A stretch of 64,000 bases of DNA from contig CM059433.1 in assembly GCA_030390025.1 (NCBI GenBank), positions 30,692,001-30,756,000 on the forward strand, in the 5' to 3' direction. The position numbers were made by a program, and so were the translations under genes. The DNA comes from Squalus acanthias (Eukaryota). This document shows, piece by piece, positions 49,849 through 63,260 of this stretch. How positions within the stretch are numbered: position 1 is the first letter of the stretch; each line of letters begins with the position of its first letter. The notes beneath the pieces were generated by a model. That model was not told the DNA's origin. It saw nothing but the letters and a program-made list of their open reading frames with translations, and ran no database searches.

Positions 49849-52800
49849 CTTGCATTTATATAGCGCCTTTCACGACCCCAGGACGTCCCAAAGTGCTTTA
49901 CAGCCAACAAAGTATATTTGAAGTGTAGTCACTGTCATAATGTTGGAAACGCAGCTGCCAATTTGCACACAGCAAGGTCCCACAAACAGCAATGTGATAA
50001 TGACCAGATCATCTGTTTTAGTGATGTTGGTTGAAGGATAAATATTGGCCAGTACACCGGGAAGAACGTCCCAGTTCCTCTTCAAAATCGTGCCATGGGA
50101 TCTCTTATGTCCACCCGAGCAGACAGACGGGGCTTTGGTTTAATATCCCATCTGAAAGACGGCACCTCCAACTGTGCAGTACTCCCTCAGTACTGCACTG
50201 GAGTGTCAGCCTAGATTATGTGCTGAAGTTTGTGGAGTGGGGCATGAGCCCACAACCTTCTGACTCACTGAGCCAAACTGACATTGTGGGAGCTGATCCT
50301 GCACCAAGGTTGAACAGAGCAGGAGGGAGGATTAAGTATTGGTTAGGTAGGGCCAGGTTTGGAGTTCAAGAGAATGATTATATTAATGAAATTGTAGGAA
50401 TGTGCAGCTCATTCAGTAGTTATAAAGCAAAACAGTACACTGTGTTATGGTATGCCTCACTCTGGACCCTGACTAGAACTATTTCCTAACACTTCTTCCA
50501 TTACTTGGTGTGTTAGGATGCAGCTATTTCCCCAGGGTCTATGCCCAGCGGCTTATAATCCTTTTTTGTTCTATCATCCTACCTGAGCAAATCTTCCAAA
50601 GCAGTTTAAAAACTCATAACAGATTATTTTGTGGTTATACTGCATCTCCCCAAGCTCACGTTTTTGAAATTTAACCTACATTGCTTTGTTCCCTGGGTTC
50701 CTAAGGAGTAAATGAGTACAGCACAGCTCGCAATGCTGATTATACATCCCTGAATCCCTTGAGGAAAGTTTACACACATTGGCCGACGTCACTACTCTGG
50801 GAAGCTGCAGGGAAAAATAACTCAGCAGAATTCATGGCTGCCCCGGCTCGCAAGGTAGCGAAAATACGGAGATTTTTTGTAGTTATTTCTTTGCAACCTT
50901 TTATCATGGGTGAAAATTAAGGTACAGGCACTATAATGGCACATGATACAAAAGCACATTGTATGGAGGTAAGCAAAACCCTGTCAACCTGTTAGAGGGG
51001 CACATTTGCAAATGACACGAAACTTGGAAGTGTAGTAAACAGTGAGGAAGATAGTAATAGACTTCAAGAGGACATAGACAAGCTGGTGGAATGGGCGGAC
51101 ACATGGCAGAAGAATGAGGAGAGACAATACAAGCTAAATGGTACAATCTTAAAGGGGGTGCAAGAACAGAGAGACAAATCTTTGAAGGTGGCCGACAGGT
51201 TAACAAAGCCGTTAATAAAGCATATTGGATCCTGGGCTTTATAAATAGAGGCAGAGAGTACAAAAGCCAGGAAGTTATGCTAAACTTGTATAAAACACTA
51301 GTTCGGCCCCAGCTGGAGTATTGTGTCCAATTCTGGGCACCACACTTTAGGAAAGACATAACAGCTTTGGAGAGGATACAGAAGAGATTTACTAGAATGG
51401 TTCCTGGGATGAGGGATTACAGTTACGTGGATAGACTGGAGAAGCTGGCGTTATTCTCCTTAGAGCATAGAAAACTAAGAGGAGATTTGATAGAGGTGTT
51501 TAAAACCATGACAGGTTTAGATAGAGTAAATAAAGAGAAACTTTCCAATGGCTGAAGTGTCGATAACCAGAGGGCACAGATTTAAGGTGATTGGCAAAAG
51601 AACCAGAGGTGACATGAGGAAAAACTTTTTTACGCAATGATTGGTAATGATTTAGAATGCATTGCCTTATAAGGAGGAGGAAACCAATTCAATAGTAGCT
51701 TTCAAAAGGGAATTGGATAAATACTTAAAGGGGAAAAAGGAAAAAACTGCAGTAATATATGGGGAAAGAGCTGGGGCGTGGGACTAATTGGAATGCTCTT
51801 CGAAAGAGCCAGTGTAGAATCAATGAGCCGAACGGCCTCCTTCTGTGCTATACTATTCGATAATTCTATAACAGATGGGGCAAGTGGTTTAATAACAGGT
51901 ACAGGAATAGGCCATTCAGCCCCTCGGGCCTGTTCCGTCATTCAATTAGATCATGGCTGATCTGCACCTCAACTCCCATTTTCCCGCCTTTGCTGCATAT
52001 CCCTTGATACCCTATCAATCTCAGTCTTGAAAACTCCAATTGACCCCCCAACATCCGTCGCCTTTTGGGGGAGAGAGTTCCAGATTTCTGCTACCCTGTG
52101 TGTGAAAAGGTGCTTCCTGATTTCGCTCCTGAATTGCCTAGCTCTAATTTTAAGATAATGTCCCCTTGTTCTTGATTCCCCCACCAGAGGAGATAGTTTC
52201 TACATATTTACCCGATCAAATCCTTCTAACATTTTAAACACCGCGATCAGATCATCCTTCAAATTCCTATACTCAAGTGAATACAAGCCAAGTTTATGCA
52301 ACTTGGTTTATAAGGGTTAGATGTAGACATTATACCGAGCGATGATGAGCCCTGTAGTGCATTTTCCTTAGAGGAATACAACTACAACATGAATCACTCT
52401 GGGTCCCTTTCCCACTTGTCTGAGATGTCTGAGCGTGCTATCAGAATTCACCTTCACTGTCATGCTCTCATTGTTATTGCACTTCAACTGGTATTTGCTT
52501 GCCCAGGGGCATGGATTCCATCTTTAACACTACTGAGTGGTTGTTCGCCCACACCTTTGGGTTGATGGCACAGGTCAGAGCATTCCAAATGCTGGGGCTC
52601 TTTTCTCTAAAAAAGAGATGGCTGAGGGGGTGACCTGATAGAGGTCTTTTTTTGTCCAACAATTTATATGTTCCTATGAAGTGCAGTCACTGACCTTACT
52701 TAGGCAAAGATGGCTGCCACTTTGTGCACAGCTAGATTCCACAAGCAGTAAATGAGACGAATGACCTGTTGAACTATTTTTGATTGAGAGAAAATGTTGC

Positions 52801-53276
52801 CCAGGATTCCTAGAAAACTACGTGTTCTACTTCAAATAGTGCAATAAGAAAGAAAGAAAGACTTGAATTTACATAGCGCCTTTCACAATCTCAGGACGTC
52901 CTAAAGTGCTTTACAGTCAATTAAGTACTTTTTGAAGTGTAGTCACTGATGTAATGTAGCAAACGCAGCAGTCAATTTGCGTATAGCAAGGTCTCGGCAA
53001 TGTGATAATGACTGGATAATCTGTTTTAGTGATGTTGTTTGAGGGATAAATATTGGATAGGACATCAGGGAAAGCTCCCCTGCTCTTCTTCTGATAGTGC
53101 CATGGGATCTTTTAAATCCACCTGAGTTTAGTTTGGGCCTCAGTTTAACGTCTCATCTGAAAGATGGCATCTCCAACAGTGCAACACTCCCTCAGTACTG
53201 CACTGAAGTGTCAGCCTAGATTATATACTGCAAGTGTCTAGACTGGGACTTGACCCCACAACCTTTTGACTCAGAG

Positions 53277-54492
53277 GAGGGTTGATGAGGCTGGCGCCTT
53301 TGATGTAGACTACATGGATTTTAGCAAAGCTTTTGACAAGATCCCACATGGCAGACTGGTCAGAAAAGTAAAAGCCCATGGGATCCAAGGGAAAGTGGCA
53401 AGTTGGGTCCAAAGGCTCAGTGGCAGGAAGCAAAGGGTAATGGTTGACGGATGTTTTTGTGACTGGAAAGCTGTTTCCAGTGGGGTTCCGCAAGGCTCAG
53501 TACTAGGTCCCTTGCTTTTTATGGTATATATCAATGATTTAGACTTCAATGTAGGGGGCATGATTAAGAAGTTTGCAGGTGATACAAAAATTGGCCATGT
53601 GGTTGATAATGAGGAAAAAAGTTGTAGACTGCAGGAAGATATCAATGGATTGGTCAGGTGGGCAGAAAAATGCCAAATGGAATACTACCCAGAGAAGTGT
53701 GAGGTAAAGCATTTGGGGAAGGCTAACAAGGCAAGAAATACACAATAAATGGTAGGATACTGAGAAGTGTAGAGGAACAGAGGGACCTTGGAGTGCATGT
53801 CCACAGATCCCTGAAGGTAGCAGGACAGGTGGATAAGGCAGTTAAGAAGGCATACGCAATACTTTCTTTATTAGCCGAAGCATAGAATATAAGAGCAGGG
53901 AGGTTATGCTAGAACTGTATAAAACATTAGTTAGACCACAGTTAGATTACTGTGTACAGTTCTGGTCAACACATTACAGGAAAGATGTGATTGCACTAGA
54001 GAGGGTACAGAGGAGATTTACGAGGATGTTGCCAGGGGACTGGAGAATTTTAGCGATGAGGAAAGATTGGATAGGCTGGGGTTGTTTTCTTTGGAACAGA
54101 GGAAGCTGAGGGGAGATTTAATTGAGGTGTGTAAAATTATGAGGGGCCTAGATAGAGTGGATAGGAAGGACCTATTTCCCTTAGCAGAGAGGTCAATAAC
54201 CAGGGGGCATAAATTTAAAGTAACTGGTAGAAGGATTAGAGGGGAGTTGAGGAGAATGTATTTTGCCCAGAGGGCGGTGGGAGTCTGGAACTCATTACCT
54301 GAAAGGGTGGTAAAGGCAGAAACCATCACCGTATTTAAAAAGTATTTGGATACGCACATGAAGTGCTAGAACCTACAAGGCTACGGACCAAGAGCTGGAA
54401 AGTGGGATTAGGCTGGATAGCTCTTTTTCGGCCGGCACAGACATGATGGACTGAATGGCCTCCTTCTGTGCTGTAAATTTCTATGATTCTAT
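53277..54492 (+). mobile_element. 5'-truncated CR1
   Basis: YMDFSKAFDKIPH and [10 protein letters not shown] fragments; (ATTCTATG)n tail. Other CR1 3' pieces at about 19722-20275, 30230-30527, 37402-38395, 40806-41385, 43196-43985 (-), 50990-51870, 51895-52305 (-) and 57365-57772. Confidence 0.9.
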
Positions 54493-55178
54493 GGGCGAAA
54501 AATTGAGTCGCACCCCCTTTGGGGCGCTAACGTTGCTGGGGCGCTACTTTAAACGCCCCGGAAAAATTAGCGCCTCGTGACCGAAATTGAGTGGTAGCGC
54601 CCCAAGAGGGAAGCGGGGCGCTACTGGAAGCGCCCCGCCTCCCTCTTGGGGCGCTGTGAGGGAATATCTTAAAGGGGAGGGGCCTTGCGCAGCGTGACCC
54701 GGGCCCAGCTGGGACACCGGGGATCGGGAGTGCTGGCAAAAGAGCCTGGCACTCAAGAGAAGTGCTGGGCTCATAGAGTGCAGCCGGCACTCCGCGGGGG
54801 GGGGGTGGGTCAGGAGGCTGGGGACGGGAGCGGAGGCAGGTGCTGGAAGGCGGCCAGCAACAAAAATGGCTGCCCAGCACCTCGCTTTTAAATAGCGCCG
54901 CCCCAGCCGCAGGGAGGCCCCCCTGACCCCGTCGGACATAGCGTCCAGTGGTAAGTCAGGGGGAGCTACCGAAGATCGCGGCCGGGGCGCGAGCGGGGCA
55001 CTGCGCATGGTGATGACGTCATCACCAGCGGCGCAGCGCCACGGAGCACTAACGGTTACTGACGCCACTAACCTCCCGCTGAATTTCGCGGGAGGCGTTG
55101 GCGGCGCCGCGCCCGAGCGCCAGTTGCTTTGCGCCCCATTAGCTAACTGGAGGCGCAAAGTAACCGAATTATTCCCCC
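54493..55178. mobile_element. GC-rich Harbinger-type MITE
   Basis: Imperfect TIRs gggcgaaaaatt / aattattccccc; 3-bp TSD TAT; inserted in a CR1 tail. Inverted relative at 16160-16866, inside a SINE. Confidence 0.72.
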
Positions 55179-55313
55179 TATGATTCTAAGACTAAGGTCG
55201 ATCTAGTTTGTCTTCTACCATCCTGGTAGCCGCTTGATACAACAATAATGGAGTTGTTGACTAATCATAGCAATCAATCTCTATCAATTAGTCTACAGCA
55301 GACCCAGACATGA

Positions 55314-56598
55314 TGACGGGATAATTACTAGTCCTAGCCCCTTTAGGGCTACCCCGGATCAGGCGTATTCCCCAGACGTTCACTTTCAACTCAAGTTTGA
55401 GGTAGCCGAATCCTAAAGACGCTTAATTGGGTCTAAAGGTCCAGACTATCTCTCCCTAAAGGAAAGGAACAACCTGAAGATGTTACCATCCTCCAGATAG
55501 CACTTTTAATAAGTTTAGCTAGACTGTAACATTCCGGATATTATGAGGGTCCGGAAAACTCCCCCAAAATTCTGCAACTCCTCACCAAAGAGCGTACAGA
55601 GATTGAGTTTGCGAGTTTGATACAGATGTATTATGTGAGACAATTCTAAAAATATATAGATTTATTAAAGAACCGACATGTAATTTACAGTTGGTGATTC
55701 AATCGCAACATTAACAGTTCCAAAAACAGAAATCTTACAATTCTATTATCAGAGATCCTTATTCTCAAATCTTAACTTCGCTACATTTTTACAGTTCTTA
55801 GTCTTTATTCCAGGATATTCACCAAAATCAAATACAGTACAATACCTTGATCCCCAAGGTACAAAGAGTTGTAGACTTACAGAGCTTGCCTCTGAAGCCT
55901 GAGAATCGCTTTGCCCCTTTACAGCGAATCTCTCATCCCATTGGAAAGTTCAATATTTATATCCTTTTTCAGTGGTATTTTCTTTGAAGTTTTCTGCTGA
56001 TGTAAGCTAATTATCTCTAGTCATTTTCTGCTGACTTCTGCTATTCTTACAGTTAGTTCAGCTGGTAGCAATGCAGACTCATGTCTCTATCCTAGGTGTT
56101 TGAAGCTTATCATAAAAAATGGTGCAACAGCAAGTGCATTTATTTGATGTCATTCTTACCAAGGTCTTCTGTTTGTGTCTTTTTACGATGTGTAAATTTA
56201 AAACACCTCAACCAGGGTGATCTATGCAATTCTTAGTTACCTCAGCTGGTTGCAACACAGAATCGTGTCTCCTGTGTTTCATTTGATGCCATTTTTATGA
56301 AGACATATGTTTCTTAATTTTCTGTGTTTCTTTCCGAAGTGTAATTTAGGACACCTTAACAGGGTGTACCATTGTGTTATTTCCAAAGCTTCAGACTATC
56401 AGGAACCTCCAACCTCCTGTTTCAATAAGGTTATTGATTCAGTGTCAACAACTTATCTTATCTCAATAGCCTGTATGCTGTTTACAGCTTTAGATTGTTG
56501 AGGCTTCCAGATTTCCAAACCCAGTTTGTCATGTTACAAAGGCCAGAATTCTTTCATAGAATGGTGTATTTTTTCTGAATATGGCTTATTCCTTCACA
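55314..56598 (-). mobile_element. Solo LTR, 1285 bp (ERV- or Gypsy-like)
   Basis: TG...CA termini; 4-bp TSD ATGA (55310-55313 and 56599-56602); minus-strand TATAAA and AATAAA; second copy from 63261. Confidence 0.8.
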
Positions 56599-59173
56599 AT
56601 GACACAAGGGAAACCCCAGTGGTGGAGAGCTTTGGGAACCATAGGTCCAAAGTCACCTGTTCCTGCCAAGAATGCTACACTGACCATATCATATCTCAAA
56701 GTACTCATATACTGTATCGCAAAATGTTATTTTCTGAAAGAAATCAACAGTAATTCACTGGACATGAAATGTTTTGGGACGTCCTGAGGACTTGATCAAG
56801 TGCTGTATGAATGGAAGCTCTTTCTTTTCAGAAGCTCACAAATCGTTTCTGACATTTGACTCATGACTGATGTGTCGAGTTCAAAGACTGATGAGGATAC
56901 TCATGAGCTGGTGAAGCCTTGGCAGTGGGTATCACCACCAGCAGTTCCTCATGGGACAACTAGTTGCTTTGCTGGTTCCCTTTTTCATATTTGGACTGCT
57001 TGTTAATTCCTCCCTAAACTTATTCTGATGGTGGGAACACTTCAATGTTGGACAAATGCTTCAATGCTTCAGTAACAAGAGTAAAAAAAAAATCAAGTTT
57101 TGAGATTATGCTCACTACTTTTTCCACAAAAAGGAACATTTTCCCCAAAATATAACAACAACTTGCATTTATATAGCGCCTTTAGTTAAACATCCCAAGG
57201 CACTTCACAGGAGCGTTATCAGACAAAAATTTGACACCGTGAAAAACTCCAGTGGTGGAGAGCTTTAGGAACCATATTAAGAAACGGTGTAACATTGGTA
57301 TTCTGAGGTTAAATTTTGCAATATTTTGTAGCATTGTGATTTACATTATTATTTTTGCTCATTGCTCACAGAGCAGAGAAGGTTAAGGGGAGATTTAATA
57401 AAGGTGTTCAAAATCATGTCGGGTTTTGATAGAGTAAATAAGGAGAGACTATTTCCAGTGGCAGAAGGGTCAGGAACCAGAGGACACAGATTTAAGGTAA
57501 TTGGCAAAAGAAGCAGAAAGTGAGATGAGAAGAATTTTTTTATGCAGTGAGTTGGTATGATCTGGAATGTGCTGCCTGAAAGGGTGATGGAAGCAGATTT
57601 AATAGTTAATTTTATAAAGGGAATTGGATAAATACTTGAAGGGGAAAAATTGCAGGCTGTGGGGAAAGAGCAGGGGGAGTGGGACCAATTGGCTCGATCT
57701 TTCAAAGAGCCAGCACAGGCACGATGAGCAGAATGGCCTCCTTCTGTGCTGTAAGATTCTATGATTCTATGATTCATTCCAATTCTCTCTCTCCCTTCTC
57801 TTCTGTGGAAGGTACTGACAGTCCCACCCACCTTCTAATACCATCGGTAAGTGGTCATTTTTCAGATAGTGAGCATCCACAGACTATTTATTCCTGAGGG
57901 GCATCACAGTGGAGCCCAATACTACCTCATCTGACATCAACACGTGGACGCGGACCAGCAGTGGAATGTGATTAGGACGGCGAACTCTGGCAGGTGTTTG
58001 CCCTCCCAAGCTCACTGGCACTGAGACCAACTGAGGCCCGCACCACAGACCTGGCTGAGATTGACTTAGAAACATCACAGACAAGGATCGTTAATGTTTA
58101 AATCAGTCTTGCATTCGCATACACAATAAAAAATCTGTCTGCAGAAATATTGTATTGTATGGGTCCCTATAGATCTGAACCATAGAATAAAGTACATTAG
58201 CATTCGACACAAGTAACAGAACTTTTTTTTCTCTTTTCGGATGCTAACAGATCTGCTGTGTTGTTTCAATAATTTCTGCTTTTATCTCAGATTTCCAGTT
58301 TATCTTTGCATCTTAGCCGTTATTCTGCGGTGTCCCACAAAACAGCTCCAAGGAACTTAAGCAAGTAGATCTGTACAATTGTAAAGGTTTATTCAATATT
58401 TTTTACTCAGACTCTTCTGATCTGCACCTACTGGCTGTAACCTTTTTGTTTTAAACTTCGAAATATGGCAAGATAAGTTCAGCGTAAATATTAAACTAGC
58501 ACGGCATGAATAATACAGTGATAGAGCTTTAAAAACACCACGACATTACAACTGCTGGGTTATCTTTTTATGAGCCTGAGCACTTTTGATTATAGTGACT
58601 CAAATTCCCGGCTTAACAAATTTTGTGGGATTAGCTAAGGCTATTTTAATTTCAGATGATATTTTCTAAACTATTGGTGTATGACGTACACTAAGAGGCC
58701 TCAATAATCCCTGTAGTCAAGCTTTATGGCCCTTTGAAGAGGATTAATAAATATTATATTTGTGTCGAAATATAATGTTCGCAGGGCAAAGGCTTTTAAT
58801 AACATGAAATGTAATCTTTTCAACTTGCTTGATGTGATTTAAAGTCACTATGGTGTAGATAAGGACTCTATTATATAAAGGGAGACAATCAGATGCATGC
58901 CTCAAACAACAGACACTGTGCAAAGCAACTTCACCTGAAAGTTTTCTTTCAAATTGTTTTCTAGTATTTCTTCCTTCTCTCCTAGGGGCAGTTGGGCATT
59001 CTGTAGGATGGGCCTACAGATGTTCATCATCATTCAGTACCTTCCACCAGTGATTATTCTTCATGGGGGATCCGCTCTTGGCGCGGAGCTTTGCATGCTG
59101 GGAGCATGGGTCAGGAATTCAAGCCACAATGGACAGGAAATCACAGGGAGCCACGTGAAGTCAAACTGCCAAT

Positions 59174-59914
59174 GGCTCAGAATTTGCTGGAGTGGGGCAT
59201 CTCACGGCGTGCCCCGTTAGTTAGACTTTTCCCTGCACCATTCAGCTCAAAAGTATTTTGCCCTGCAAGTTGCTGGAAGTGCGAGCTGATAACAGTGCAG
59301 CGAGGGCAACAGGGCATCTGGGACCTTAGTGAACAATGAGACCAACAGTCTATCTCCTTAAACAATGAGATTTAAGGATTGAGAAATAAATAGAGGAACG
59401 ACGGGGAAGGAAATAGGATGAATTTGAGTCACATCAGGTACTGAAAGAGAAATAAAGAGAGGGAAAGGAAGATTGGGCTCAGAGAGAGAAAAAAAGAGAC
59501 AAAAAGGAAAAGTAAGAATTAAAAAAAAATACATTTAAAATGTTTCATATCTCTAAGAACAATTTACAACCTGTAGGAATGAGACTCCACAGTTTAAATT
59601 GTTCCCTTTCTGGGCTGGAGAGGTTGAGTGGCATTGCATTAACAATTATTAACAGTCCTTAAAAGGGTACTTACGCTATTAATTACTAGACAACTTTCTG
59701 CGGCGAGTTTAGTGGGTAATTAATGTGCAAACGCAGCAATTTCATGAAACGGGGAGGTTGAAGGCGAGGCGGAGCGGCGCAAATTGTCCAGCAAATTGTG
59801 ATGATTTGCAACTCACGGTGTATCTTTTCCTCGCTACAAGTTGCTGGATGATTGGCACGTTAATCACGGCGACTGCATTAAACTCACCGTTATTTTGGCA
59901 GCAAATTCTGGGCC
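59174..59914. mobile_element. MITE family, also at 48334-49036 (inverted) and 45317-45587 (partial)
   Basis: TIR ggctcagaatttgctg / cagcaaattctgggcc; shared block gctggagtggggcatctcac...ttagttagac in all three copies. Confidence 0.78.
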
Positions 59915-61435
59915 ATAATTTTCTGCCGGCACACCAAGCTCTAAGCCGAGACAGCTATAGATGAAAATTGGCCCTCGTGTGTCAAGACAAGGCACCAAGT
60001 GTTGGTTATTTGACTGTGGGAGGCACCATAACCCAACCGGATCTTGACCATACCCGATGTCCACACTCGTGAACATTCCACCAAACAGAAGAAGGAAGCC
60101 TGGATAGGTTTTCTTTGCACTCTGTGATAAATTGACCCTTAGTGTTAGGGGGGGATTAAATATGTGGGGTTATGAGGATAGGATGGGATATGTTAGGGGG
60201 AATTAAATACGTGGGGTTACGGGGGTAGGGTGGGATATGTGTACTGTGGGGATTAAAGCAGGGACAGGGTACTGGACTTGGATGATCAGCCATGATCGTA
60301 TTGAATGGTGGAGCATGTTTCTATGTTTCTATGTCCTACTGTACTGCTATTGCTGCTGATGTGTCTCAGACCAGGTAACACAGCGTATATCATCTTTGCA
60401 ACTGTGTGTGTTCTTTGTATGGTTGTAAGCACTAAGCCCACGTAAGTCATTGCTAAAGATACTTGTATTAGGGGGAAGAGAGTGATGCCTGGCAAGAAGA
60501 AAAGACAAAGGAAAAAAACAAACCAAAATCTCATCATATGAAACTTGGCTAAACTCACTGGCATCAACTGGGCTTTAATCATCTCAGTCTAATCGCCTTG
60601 TGAAAGTGCAGTTGACATTGTTTGACGAGCAGCTCAGGCATCTAATGCAAATCTGAGCCAAATGTTCACCTCTGCTATTGAGTCTGACCTCCTCAAATTA
60701 AGTTGCTTGAAAGCAACAGGCTGCAACCACCCCAGGTTAGAAAATTCAGGTCGCTGTCATTTTTACTCAGCACCAGTGATCATTCAGCGCCGCAAAACAT
60801 GCCTTTAACATAGGGAGCTACAGTATATAGAAAGTCACTAATATTAAAAAGAGACAGCTCTTGACGTTATAAATCATGATATAAATTACAATGGTGTTTT
60901 GTACATTCGATTGAACAATTAACCAGTGCAGTACTGAGGGAGTGCTGCACTGTCGGAGGTGCGGTCTTTCGGATGAGACGTTAAACTGAGGCCCCGTCTG
61001 CTCTCTCAGGTGGACATAAAACATTTCACGGCATTATTTGGAAGAAGGGCAGGGGAGTTCTCCCCAATCTCCTGGCAAACAGCCCTCACCCAACATCACT
61101 AAAACAGATTATCTGGTCATCGTCACATTGTTGTTTGTGGGACCTTGCTGTGCACAAATTGGTTGCCGCGTTTCCTATATTACAACAGTGACGATAGTTC
61201 AAAAGTACTTCATTGGCCGTGAAGCACTTTGGGATGTCCTCAGGACATGAAAGGCGCTATATGCAAGTTCTTTATTTCTTTCTTTCTAACTGGATGGTCC
61301 TAGCTGTTGCACAAACTGCAGGGAAGGCTCCAACTCATCTGTTTGCCAATTTTGTGATTTACAAAGTTGAAAGCAAGAAGGCTGATGAACAGAGCCGTTG
61401 TATTGCTAGGGGATATTTGGGGCTCAGTGACTCAC

Positions 61436-61560
61436 CACGAATCCTGGGCTGCAGAAGCAGGTGTAGCCTGGGCGGGGAGTATTCTGGAAACAAATGCCAT
61501 GGACGCAAGGCTTTGGTTGGCATTCGTTGATGTCCACCTGGCAGTGTGTTCCTGTCCAAC
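61436..61560 (-). CDS. EYS: EYS exon, EGF repeat (human exon 24-like): (G)WTGTHCQVDINECQPKPCVHGICFQNTPRPGYTCFCSPGFV
   Basis: Acceptor ttttgtttctggcag| and donor GTG|gtgagt; 125 nt, phase 1 in, phase 0 out. DINEC cbEGF-type Cys spacing. Resembles human EYS GWSGHHCENELECIPNSCVHELCMENEPGSTCLCTPGFM (recalled, not searched). Confidence 0.88.
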
Positions 61561-61734
61561 CTGCCAGAAACAAAAGAGGCAAAGATTCAAGAGGATAAAA
61601 TACATAAAAGATTTCAAAGCAAAAACACACACAGACAAGGGAGGAGGGGGTGTTGGAGGGAGGAGCAGGCAATGGTCTGAGAGTAGGTAGATTGCACAGG
61701 CTGAAACTGGCTCACAGCAAGTCACAATTATCTT

Positions 61735-62245
61735 GTGCTCATCCAAAACTCTGCTGCCTGTATCCTAACTCGCACCAAGTCCCATTCACTCATCACCCCT
61801 GTGCTCGCTGACCGACACTGGCTCCCAATCTGGCAACGCCTCGATTTTAAAATTCTCATCCTTGTTTACAAATCCCTCCATGGCCTCGCCCCTCCCTATC
61901 TCTGTGACCTCCTTCAGCCCTACAACCCTCCGAGATCTCTGCGCTCCTGCACTTCTGGTCTCTTGCACATCCCCGGTTCTCATCGCTCCACCATCAGTGG
62001 TCGTGCCTTTAGCCATCTGGGCCTTATTCTCTGGAATTCTCTCCCTAAGTCTCTCCGCCTCTCCACCTCTCTCTCCTCCTTTAAGACACCCCTTAAAACC
62101 TACCTCTTTGACCAAGCATTTGGTCACCTGTCCTAATATCTCCTTATGTGACTTTGTGTCCAATTTTGTCTGGTAATGCTCCTGTGAAGCGACTTGGGGC
62201 GTTTTACTACGTTAAAGGCACTATATAAGTGCAAGTTGCTGTTGC
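61735..62245 (+). mobile_element. L2-clade LINE 3' fragment
   Basis: IQNSAACILTR...HWLPIWQRLDFKIL...RAFSHLGLILWNSLP...LKTYLF, the typical L2 ORF2 end. Related pieces at about 45715-46430 (+), 35555-35902 (-) and 13070-13540 (+). Confidence 0.88.
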
Positions 62246-63260
62246 CAGGGGGATCGTTCCTTTAGTTGCACAGTTGTAGGTAGTATTTGTTAACGATATG
62301 CCAGTTCACCAAAGGATATAAGACTGTAGTTAAGAAATAAATTAAAAAACGAGCTGTGAAATAATGGTTCCATTATGTGAAAGGCACGATAAAAATCACT
62401 GATGCTTTGAAGCCGGAACATAAATATAGAAGGTCCATGGAAAAAAATACATTATTAAAGGAGCTTTCATACAAAAGACGGCACAATTTCGAAAGCTGCG
62501 GCACTCGAATGATCTATGCAGAAATGCAGCCTCCATGGATTGAATCTTGAAGAGTTTGCACTGGATGTGTTTGTGCTTTACTCTGTAGGAAGCTGATTTT
62601 TAATGAATTGGTGGGATCTGTTTATGTAGAAAGGTCACAATGGACAACAAATTCAAATTACACTCGGGATATATTTTTACAGTCTTTCTCACAATTCTAA
62701 TTTTCCCTGCAGCTTAATGTTAATCTGTTTCCTATTCAGTTTTAAAGTGTCCACAACCCTCAGATGTAATCCTGCTAAGGTTTTTTCATCTATATATATT
62801 TGGTTTCTGAAGAAAACATGAGGTAATTTTCATGACTTCGTTTTTGCTTCAAACGATCGGAGTGTGGCTCAGTCAGAAGGTCATGGGTTCAAGTCCCTCT
62901 CCAGAGACTTGAGCACAAAATCTAGGCTGACACTCACAGTGCAGTAACTGCTGCACTGTTCAATGTGCCTTTCATGACCTTGGGATGTCCCAAAGCGCTT
63001 CAATGCCAATTTTGTTTTTATTCGTTCCTGGGATGTGGGCGTCACTGGCAAGGCCAGCATTTATTGCCCATCCCTAATTGCCCTTGAGAAGGTGATGGTG
63101 AGCCACCTTCTTGAACCACTGCAGTCCGCGTGGTGAAGGTACTCCCATAGTGCTGTTAGGGAGGGAGTTCCAGGGTTTTGACCCAGCGACTATGAAGGAA
63201 CGGCGATATATTTCCAAGTCAGGATGGTGTGTGACTTGGAGGGGAACATGGAGGTGATGG

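Noticed and set aside
49655..49921. Lys/Glu/Arg-rich coiled-coil-like ORF
   Set aside because: Translation of a (GAAA)n microsatellite.
54544..55158. 204-aa GC-rich ORF and CpG-island-like region
   Set aside because: Lies wholly within a TIR/TSD-bounded MITE that has a relative at 16160-16866.
4393..61560. NOTCH, CRB1/2, SNED1 or fibropellin-like identity for the EGF exons
   Set aside because: An EGF array ending in a truncated EGF that runs into a Ser/Thr spacer, the exon phases, the very long introns and the spacer-specific similarity all fit EYS better. A BLAST check is still needed.
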